A DNA stretch of 17,335 nt from Candidatus Bathyarchaeia archaeon (lineage in GTDB: Archaea > Thermoproteota > Bathyarchaeia > Bathyarchaeales > Bathycorpusculaceae), in the NCBI GenBank assembly GCA_049512935.1, contig JBEKWR010000031.1, positions 1 through 17,335 of the forward strand. Direction: 5' to 3'. The stretch's first letter is position 1. Every line of letters starts with the position of its first letter. The notes below the pieces were generated by a model that did no database searches, was not told where the DNA came from, and worked only from the letters and a program-made list of their open reading frames with translations. A program made the translations under genes and the position numbers. Below, piece after piece: positions 8,086-14,782 of this stretch.

Positions 8086-8125
8086 TTCTGATTTTTCTGA
8101 TTTTTCAGAAAGCCTTAAGTACTTA
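8086..8125 (+). promoter_or_regulatory. Promoter and candidate operator of the AbrB-like/arsM unit
   Basis: Palindrome TTCTGA-TTTT-TCAGAA at 8095-8110 with an extra TTCTGA half-site at 8086-8091; overlaps BRE GAAAGCC (8108-8114); TATA TTAAGTA at 8115-8121. Confidence 0.55.
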
Positions 8126-8153
8126 GAACACGTTGCAGTTGATGGCGTTAAGC

Positions 8154-8405
8154 ATGGCAAGTTGCGAAGGGGACACGTGCAGAATAGCCGCGGTCATAAC
8201 AATGGATTCCAAAGGGCAAATCGTTCTACCCAAAGACCTGCGTGAAAAAGCCAGTTTCAAGGCGAACGACAAAATAGCCGTTGTAGCCTGCGAGAAAGAC
8301 GGGGCGGTTTGTTGCATCATGTTGATGAAGGCGGAAAGTCTTGCGGGTGCAGTCACCCAAACGCTTGGTCCAATGCTTAAAGGAGTAACCAAACAGGAGA
8401 CTTGA
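8154..8405 (+). CDS. Cys-rich AbrB/SpoVT-fold protein (HgcAB-associated 'HgcC'-like)
   Basis: ITMDSKGQIVLPKDLREKASFKANDK AbrB signature plus EKDGAVCCIMLMKAE; 5 Cys in 83 aa; stop overlaps the arsM start region. ORF track start 8133. Confidence 0.8.
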   Translation: MASCEGDTCRIAAVITMDSKGQIVLPKDLREKASFKANDKIAVVACEKDGAVCCIMLMKAESLAGAVTQTLGPMLKGVTKQET

Positions 8406-8407
8406 AA

Positions 8408-9232
8408 ATGAAAGAGGAAAAAGTCAAGAAAATCGTTAGAAAACGCTACGCAAAAGTTGCTAAAACGGACGGTTCCTGCTGCGCGTCAAGCGTGAGTTGC
8501 TGCTCAGCTCCAGCAGGCTCGAAGGTTAGCCGGATGATTGGTTACAGCGAAGATGAGTTGAATGCGGTTCCAGAAGGAGCCAATCTTGGGCTCGGCTGCG
8601 GCAATCCGACGGCTTTAGCGTCGTTGAAAGAGGGCGAAAGAGTTTTGGATTTGGGTTCAGGCGCTGGCTTTGATTGTTTCTTGGCGGCTAAAAAGGTCGG
8701 CAAAAACGGCAGAGTGATCGGGGTCGATATGACTCCTGAAATGCTTGACAAAGCGCGCGCGAACGCCGCCAAAGGTAAGTACGCGAACGTCGAGTTCAGG
8801 CTTGGAGAAATCGAGAATTTGCCTGTCGCGGACAACTCGGTTGACGTTGTGATCTCGAACTGCGTGATTAATTTGGCGCCGAACAAGAAGCGGGTGTTCG
8901 AGGAAGGCTTTAGGGTTCTTGCGCAAGGTGGGCGGTTGATGGTTTCAGACATTGTCCTGTTAAAGGCGCTGCCTAAAGCCGTTCAGGAAAACGTCGAGGC
9001 CTACGCGGGATGCATTTCGGGTGCCGAGATCAAGGAGAAGTATCTTGCGTTGATAGGACAGGCTGGGTTCCGAGACATGAAGGTTTTGCAAGAAAAAACT
9101 TACCCGCTTGACTGCGTCATAAGCGAGCCTGAAACCAAAGACTTGATCGACGGTTTAGGCATGACACCTGCTGAACTGGCGGAAGCCGCGGATTCAGTGG
9201 TAAGCATAAGCGTTTCAGCGTTGAAACAATAG
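8408..9232 (+). CDS. arsM: Arsenite S-adenosylmethionine methyltransferase
   Basis: N-terminal CC...CC, LGLGCGNP, DLGSGAG, ISNCVINL and GCISGA motifs; AGGAG RBS at 8395-8399 (alternative TTG start at 8402). Confidence 0.95.
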   Translation: MKEEKVKKIVRKRYAKVAKTDGSCCASSVSCCSAPAGSKVSRMIGYSEDELNAVPEGANLGLGCGNPTALASLKEGERVLDLGSGAGFDCFLAAKKVGKNGRVIGVDMTPEMLDKARANAAKGKYANVEFRLGEIENLPVADNSVDVVISNCVINLAPNKKRVFEEGFRVLAQGGRLMVSDIVLLKALPKAVQENVEAYAGCISGAEIKEKYLALIGQAGFRDMKVLQEKTYPLDCVISEPETKDLIDGLGMTPAELAEAADSVVSISVSALKQ

Positions 9233-9371
9233 ACGGCAACTTCGGCTTCAGCCATTTTCCCGTTTTCCATCGCACCTCTGCTTCCATTCGAGGGCTCTTG
9301 TGATTGCATTTGGGAGACGACAAAGTTTCTTAAGCCACCTCTAAACAACCATTTGAGATTGTGACGTTCGA

Positions 9372-9497
9372 ATGGTTATGTGCCCGAACTGCGGAACAAA
9401 GGTTTCTAAACCCGACCGAAAACTGGAGAATTCCTACTTCAGTTTGGCGGTTTACACATGCAACAAGTGCGGGTCATGCTTCAAAGCCGCGTGCTAA
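9372..9497 (+). CDS. Small zinc-ribbon protein (41 aa), below the ORF-track cutoff
   Basis: MVMCPNCGTKVSKPDRKLENSYFSLAVYTCNKCGSCFKAAC*: CPxCG plus CxxCG knuckles; GTGA RBS-like at 9361-9364; TATA-like CTTAAG at 9329-9334. Confidence 0.75.
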   Translation: MVMCPNCGTKVSKPDRKLENSYFSLAVYTCNKCGSCFKAAC

Positions 9498-10328
9498 ACG
9501 TCCAGCAGTTTTTTCTGGGCACGGGTTCTTCTCGTGAATCAACAGTCCCGCCTCAGTTTTGTTTCTGCTTTTCGCTTCGAAATTGTGTCGTGCCAGCGTG
9601 AGGTATCGTTGAAAAGTCATTTCTGTAGCAAGCCATTCACTGGAAGGCAATTTGTACGTGGACAACTTGTTTTTGGCTTTAAGTTTGTCGAAAAGTGTTT
9701 TCATGATTAGAATTTCTAAATGCCGAGAACCAGCTGCTCCGAAAATCTTCTCTAGCGCGTCTGAGAACTCGACGATTCGGAGAGGAATGTCACTTTTCTT
9801 GATTTGGAAGGTGTTTTCCAGGTGAAAGTACAGCGCCGCCTTTAGCTGCTCGCTTACAGAGGAAAAAGCATCATCAATCGCGTCACGCAGCAAGTCGTCG
9901 AAGGACGGTGCAGCGTTGCCTGCCAAAAATACGCAGTTGGAGGACCCGTTCAAGTTCGAGGTTGCCTTGCCTTTGGATGCCGCTTGGTGCGAGTTCATTT
10001 TTACGGTTAAGTCTGTGAAGAAGTACGGAAACTCATCTAGCCAATCCCTGTATGATTTTCTCACCGAAACTTCGGAGATGCCGAGCAGGTAAGCAATTTC
10101 GCTCTGAGTCATTTCCGCATTGAACCTGAAGCTTAAAAGGTAGAATAAGCCGCCGAGAAGGCTTCTTGAAGCTTTTCCGTTGAAAAACCTGAGGTTGATT
10201 CCTGAGGCCTTGGCGAGAACCTGAAGCGCGTTAGCGCCGATGCAGTCGGCGGTTTCTTGGCTTATCCATATTGACCTTGCCGCTGTCATCGTTTCTTCGC
10301 AGGAGATACGCGTGAGAATGGTCACCAA
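9474..10328 (-). CDS. Fusion of a TFB C-terminal cyclin/HTH-like repeat and a DUF3227-like domain
   Basis: GKASRSLLGGLFYL...TQSEIAYLLGISEVSVRKSYRDW resembles the TFB second repeat (GKxPxGxAAAALY...[23 protein letters not shown]). The C-terminal AIDDAFSS...LYFHLE...IPLRIVEFSDALEKIFG...LEILIMKTL resembles DUF3227-like domains. Start TTG 10328 or GTG 10325, uncertain. Confidence 0.65.
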   Translation of the reverse strand: MVTILTRISCEETMTAARSIWISQETADCIGANALQVLAKASGINLRFFNGKASRSLLGGLFYLLSFRFNAEMTQSEIAYLLGISEVSVRKSYRDWLDEFPYFFTDLTVKMNSHQAASKGKATSNLNGSSNCVFLAGNAAPSFDDLLRDAIDDAFSSVSEQLKAALYFHLENTFQIKKSDIPLRIVEFSDALEKIFGAAGSRHLEILIMKTLFDKLKAKNKLSTYKLPSSEWLATEMTFQRYLTLARHNFEAKSRNKTEAGLLIHEKNPCPEKTAGRLARGFEA

Positions 10329-10416
10329 GCCGGTTCACTTAAAGCTAAATGCGCATGGTAAGCATTAGAGAATGTGTATGTAACCCCTGAGACAACACTG
10401 AGGATAATGCCGGCTC

Positions 10417-10437
10417 TAAGTTTTCTTTGAAAACTTA
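10417..10437. repeat. Perfect 9-bp inverted repeat in a divergent intergenic region
   Basis: TAAGTTTTC-TTT-GAAAACTTA read directly from the sequence. Confidence 0.7.
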
Positions 10438-10524
10438 ACCCGAAGAGCCAAGGCTAGAGCACAACGTTTATGCTCTTAAAACGCATTTAGTATTATTTTA
10501 TCTTGTAAGAGAGGAAGATGCACT

Positions 10525-10764
10525 ATTAGCCCAAAAAAACGAGCCCCGAGAAACGCAAAAAACCGCGGTAGAGGTTTTGGTTACCCGTTTGAAGTTGGAG
10601 ACGAATACGAAGTTGATATTGAACAGATGAGTCCAAACGGCGAAGGCATAGCCAAAATCAAAGGTTTCCTAATTTTCATTGGCAACGCAAAAGTTAACGA
10701 GCACCATAAAGTGAAGATAACGCATCTTGAAAGCGGCTGTGCAGACGCCCAAATAGTCACCTAA
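10525..10764 (+). CDS. Single TRAM-domain protein (RNA chaperone-like), no canonical start codon
   Basis: PFEVGDEYEVDIEQMSPNGEGIAKIKGFLIFIGNAKVNEHHKVKITHLESGCADAQIV* is a complete TRAM pattern. The frame is open from 10480 with no ATG/GTG/TTG before 10627; ATT at 10525 lies 9 nt after AGAGAGGA. Start position is inferred. Confidence 0.78.
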   Translation: MSPKKRAPRNAKNRGRGFGYPFEVGDEYEVDIEQMSPNGEGIAKIKGFLIFIGNAKVNEHHKVKITHLESGCADAQIVT

Positions 10765-10920
10765 AGAGAGCGGGCAACCGGAAGCTTTCGGAAAGCAAAT
10801 CTTCTTTGGTTTATAAGCGGGAAGCGCCTTCATGTAGCCTGAAGAGCTTCTCTTATTCTCAGGGTAAAAACCTGTTTGAGTCACTGATTCTTTTCCAAAA
10901 ACAATAGAAGGTAAAAAAAA

Positions 10921-11211
10921 TTGTTTGTTAAAAAAGGAATAGTTGTTCAGAAGGAAAATGAAAGTTTACGCATTCAACAAGTTGCGAAGATAGTGATTCG
11001 ACAGTTAGTTAATGTCGGCGACCAAAGAGTATGTCCTGAATGTAATACGTTGGGGCGTGTAGTTTGGGTTTCGCAAGACAAGAAGACGATGGGTGTGCAG
11101 TGCAGCAGGAGCCACCGAGAGGCGGAAAGATCCGCAAGTAAATTTGGTGGAACTGTCGTTCCGTCAACCAAGACGAGGAAAAACACCGTTTTCATAACGG
11201 CAGCAGCCTAA
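10921..11211 (+). CDS. Hypothetical zinc-binding protein (CPEC...CxxxH)
   Basis: VCPECNTLGRVVWVSQDKKTMGVQCSRSH; true start possibly GTG at 10993. Confidence 0.6.
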   Translation: MFVKKGIVVQKENESLRIQQVAKIVIRQLVNVGDQRVCPECNTLGRVVWVSQDKKTMGVQCSRSHREAERSASKFGGTVVPSTKTRKNTVFITAAA

Positions 11212-11253
11212 AAAATGGCGAAACGGCAACTTTTCTGTCCAATAGCCGCTGGG

Positions 11254-11844
11254 TTATTCTTTGCGCGCGCCGTTGAAGAGGTTGAAGAGCTTTAGTTCTT
11301 CATCTGTGATGCCTGCCCGGCGCAGCTTGGCGATGCAGGCGCGGTACTGTTCTTCGGTGAATTTTGAAGGCTTGACGGGTCCATCAGGTTTGTTTGCGCC
11401 AAGAGTGTTCCCGACAAAGTGGTAGCTTTCTTTGTGCTTTTTGCCTTTTTTGAGGGCGGCGCGCTGTTTCTTGAACCGAGTGAGTGCTGGGCAATCTTGG
11501 GTTTGCATGCCGAAGGCGGTTTTGGGGAAGAGTTTGCAGCCGCCGGGTCGGATTTCGTAGATGGAGCAGGCGTTGTTGACGAGGAAGGGGCAGGGCGTGT
11601 GCATGGTGTACTCTTCGTATTTTGCTTCGTCTGATTCCCACATCTTGCCCAACTCGTCGAAGAGAGCTTTTGTTTTGGCTTGGGCTTCGGGGCGCGTTTC
11701 GGGTTTGGCGTCGATTTCTCCCGCGGTCAAGAAATCCTCAAGCGTACAGCAGACACCGCATTTGGTGCATAAAAAGGGCAAGTTAATTGACCAGTCGCCT
11801 TTTTTGCTTTTAAATTCCAAATGCAGATAGAATGTGTCTACCAT
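11254..11844 (-). CDS. YkgJ-family (CxxCxxCC) cysteine-cluster protein
   Basis: CTKCGVCC...CPFLVNNACSIYEIRPGGCKLFP...CPAL. ATG at 11844 is preferred because the ORF-track extension to 12093 overlaps the MFS gene. Confidence 0.85.
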   Translation of the reverse strand: MVDTFYLHLEFKSKKGDWSINLPFLCTKCGVCCTLEDFLTAGEIDAKPETRPEAQAKTKALFDELGKMWESDEAKYEEYTMHTPCPFLVNNACSIYEIRPGGCKLFPKTAFGMQTQDCPALTRFKKQRAALKKGKKHKESYHFVGNTLGANKPDGPVKPSKFTEEQYRACIAKLRRAGITDEELKLFNLFNGARKE

Positions 11845-11979
11845 CAGGCATTCAACGATGTAGCATAGGTGCTTGTCGCTTTCAAGCTTTCGCCCCGAAA
11901 AATAGGGAAGGGCTGCTTCAAAAGCGGGAGAGATACGGGTAAAAGCATAAGAATCAGTTTTTTTCAGTGTTAGGAGCTT

Positions 11980-13395
11980 ATGGTGAAAAGTCAGAATATC
12001 ATCTTGGTCATCGTTGTTCTCGGAACGTTGATGGGCGCGTTGGACAGCACCATCGTACTGCTGGCTTTTCCCGCGATAACTGATGGTTTGCACTCTGACT
12101 TCATCACAACCATCTGGATAATCCTAACTTACCTGCTGGTGATCGCCGTTACCACGACGCAGCTGGGGCGCATAGGCGACATTTACGGGCGAACAACCAT
12201 GTTCAACGCAGGCTTCGGCGTTTTCACCGTCGGCTCAGCCCTCTGCGGGTTTTCACCAGACATTTACTTCCTGATCGGCTCTCGAGTGGTGCAGGCGCTG
12301 GGCGGCGCGTTGATGCAGTCTAACAGCGGCGCCATAATCGCCGACACTTTCCCGCCGAACTCGCGGGGCAAAGCCTACGGCTTCAGCTCTATGGGCTGGA
12401 CAATCGGCTCAATGATGGGAATCATGCTAGGCGGCATAGTTACGACTTTCGTCGGGTGGCAGTTCATCTTCTTCATCAACATCCCCATAGGCGCCGTCGC
12501 GTTAATCCTCGGCTTCAAGTACCTGAAGCCAGCTCCCAAGGTGAAGGCGAAACTGGACGTCGGCGGCATGGTTCTTCTCGCGTCAAGCCTTCTATTGATC
12601 TCTTACGGCGCAACCAGCATAGCATCGCAGGGCATAGCGCTTCCCAACGTGGTTTCTTTGGCGATAGGCGCCTTGCTGATTCCCCTGTTCATCACCTACG
12701 AAGGGCGTTTGGAAACCCCGATGGTTGACTTCCAAGCCTTCAAAGACAGGGTTTTAAGAAACAGTTGCCTCGCCACGTTCTTCGTCAGCGTCGGGTACAT
12801 ATCCGTTGTTTTCCTGATAATAATGTACCTGCAAGGCGTCCGCGGCTTATCCCCCCTGAACGCGTCCCTCCTCCTGATACCTGGCTACGTGATTGGAGCC
12901 CTCTTCAGCCCCCTGATGGGCAGGCACTCAGACAAAATCGGCGCCAGAACAATCGCGACCGTCGGCATCATCTGCCTCGCCGCGGCAACCCTGATCTACA
13001 CTGCTCTAGGCCAAAACTCCTCGCTCTACATCATTCTGGTAGCATCCGCCGTGTCAGGCTTCGGCACAGCCATGTTTTTCCCCGCTAACAACAGCGCAGT
13101 CATGGCAAAAGCAAGACAAGGCAACTACGGCAGCATCTCAGGCTTGCTAAGAACGCTTCAGAACGTAGGCATACTGGGAAGCTTCGTACTGGCAATAACC
13201 GTCGCCTCCGCCTCCATCCCACGGCAACTTGCGTTCCAAGTGTTCATCAGCACCGTAAAACTTTCAGGCGGCTTAAGCGTCTCGTTCATCACAGGCATAC
13301 AAGCCGCACTCTACGCATCCATAGCCATACTGGCAGTGGCGGCAGTGCTGTCTGCAACCCGAGGAAAAGAAAACCGAACCGAAAAACCCAACTGA
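11980..13395 (+). CDS. MFS transporter, DHA2 (EmrB/QacA) family
   Basis: LDSTIVLLAFP, GRIGDIYGR, RVVQALGGA and GWQFIFFINIPIG motifs; about 14 TM segments; GGAG RBS. Confidence 0.92.
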   Translation: MVKSQNIILVIVVLGTLMGALDSTIVLLAFPAITDGLHSDFITTIWIILTYLLVIAVTTTQLGRIGDIYGRTTMFNAGFGVFTVGSALCGFSPDIYFLIGSRVVQALGGALMQSNSGAIIADTFPPNSRGKAYGFSSMGWTIGSMMGIMLGGIVTTFVGWQFIFFINIPIGAVALILGFKYLKPAPKVKAKLDVGGMVLLASSLLLISYGATSIASQGIALPNVVSLAIGALLIPLFITYEGRLETPMVDFQAFKDRVLRNSCLATFFVSVGYISVVFLIIMYLQGVRGLSPLNASLLLIPGYVIGALFSPLMGRHSDKIGARTIATVGIICLAAATLIYTALGQNSSLYIILVASAVSGFGTAMFFPANNSAVMAKARQGNYGSISGLLRTLQNVGILGSFVLAITVASASIPRQLAFQVFISTVKLSGGLSVSFITGIQAALYASIAILAVAAVLSATRGKENRTEKPN

Positions 13396-13666
13396 CCCAC
13401 ACCGATTCGTTAACCGATTCAGTAAAGGTTTTGGTTAGTTCACTATACTAATTTTAATTTGTCGGGTTCTCTGCAGGGTCTTTTAAAAGTGTATCTCCTT
13501 CTTTCAGCAAGCAACTTCTATTGTGCTCGATTGCCTTTTCGTGGTCTCCTCTTCCATGCGAAGGTGCACTCGAATACTAGCAAGCCTATTTTTCACATTT
13601 AGTTTAAATAGGCAAAGCATATCCCAAATTGATTTAAGCTAAACCAGCATAAGTTAACCAAATAAC

Positions 13667-14782
13667 GTGAGCATCATGCTAGTGAATATGAATGATCTTA
13701 TCGATGGCAGTCCAAGAAATGAACTGTCTCATTTTTTCGAAGATAAACAAATACAATTTCTTCTAATCCATGGAGATGCAAAGCAAGTACTAGCTAAAAT
13801 GCCTCGTAATCATGTTAACATGTGCATAACTAGTCCCCCTTATTGGCAAGAAAGAAAATACAATGGAATTGACGCCATAGGCTTAGAAACAACGGTCGAA
13901 GATTACGTTAAACATCTTACTCAGGTATTTCATGAGGTAAAGAATGTTTTGCGCGACGATGGTTCACTGTGGCTAAATATTGGGGATAAATATGAGGGAA
14001 AAAACCTTCTTGGAATTCCTTGGCAAGTTGCATTTTCCTTGAAAAATGACGGCTGGATTCTTCGTAATGCTGTGATTTGGGACAAAGTAAAAGGTAACCC
14101 ATCAGGTTCTAAAGATAAGCTCAGAAATTTATACGAATATATCTTTCATTTTGTGAAAAGTAGATATTATAGCTATAATTTGGATGACATACGAGATATG
14201 CCTGGCAAGCCATACTACAGAAAAGGAAAGATAATTACAGCTAGCGGTGTAAGTGGGGTCAAGTACGAACGCCAAATAAAAGCGAGTAAGCATTTATCAG
14301 AAACTGAGAAAGAAGCGGCCCTTAATGCCCTAAAAGCCACATTAAAAAAGGTTGAAACAGGTCAAATCCCCGATTTTAGAATGATCATACGAGGAGAACA
14401 ACGGACCACACACTCGAATGATTTAGGCTTTTCTGGGCGCGCACAAGAACTGGCGATCAAAGGCTTTTGTATTCTTCGTTATAATAAGAAAGGTGCGCCG
14501 CCGAGCGATATTTGGCGTATCATTCCAGAAGATAGTTGGAGAAAAGATAGTCATTTTGCAATATTCCCTGAAGATCTTTGCGAAATACCGATTAAAACAT
14601 CATGTCCACCTAATGGAACTTTAATTGATCCTTTCGTAGGGACAGGAACAGCAATAGTTACCGCCTTAGCATTAGGGCGTCGTGCAATCGGCATAGATAT
14701 ATGCCAAGAATATTTAGCCGTAGCGGATGAAAGAATATCGCGTCATCTTAAAGAAAAAAGTGGGGTTCAGACGCGATTATGA
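13667..14782 (+). CDS. Site-specific DNA methyltransferase, beta class, probably N4-cytosine
   Basis: Motif IV TSPPY near the N-terminus, LWLNIGD, then HFAIFPEDL and motif I DPFVGTGT at the C-terminus. Start may be a downstream ATG (13676 or 13688). Confidence 0.92.
   Translation: MSIMLVNMNDLIDGSPRNELSHFFEDKQIQFLLIHGDAKQVLAKMPRNHVNMCITSPPYWQERKYNGIDAIGLETTVEDYVKHLTQVFHEVKNVLRDDGSLWLNIGDKYEGKNLLGIPWQVAFSLKNDGWILRNAVIWDKVKGNPSGSKDKLRNLYEYIFHFVKSRYYSYNLDDIRDMPGKPYYRKGKIITASGVSGVKYERQIKASKHLSETEKEAALNALKATLKKVETGQIPDFRMIIRGEQRTTHSNDLGFSGRAQELAIKGFCILRYNKKGAPPSDIWRIIPEDSWRKDSHFAIFPEDLCEIPIKTSCPPNGTLIDPFVGTGTAIVTALALGRRAIGIDICQEYLAVADERISRHLKEKSGVQTRL

Noticed and set aside
8154-8405. Mercury methylation locus suggested by the HgcC-like gene
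   Set aside because: No hgcA (cap-helix N(V/I)WCA) or hgcB ferredoxin in the window.
9372-10328. Split TFB made of the zinc-ribbon microprotein plus the cyclin-repeat fusion
   Set aside because: Opposite strands, knuckle spacing of 22 versus about 15 in TFB ribbons, and no B-reader or first cyclin repeat.
11845-12093. N-terminal extension of the YkgJ ORF
   Set aside because: Runs through the divergent promoter region and into the MFS gene; ATG 11844 is more plausible.
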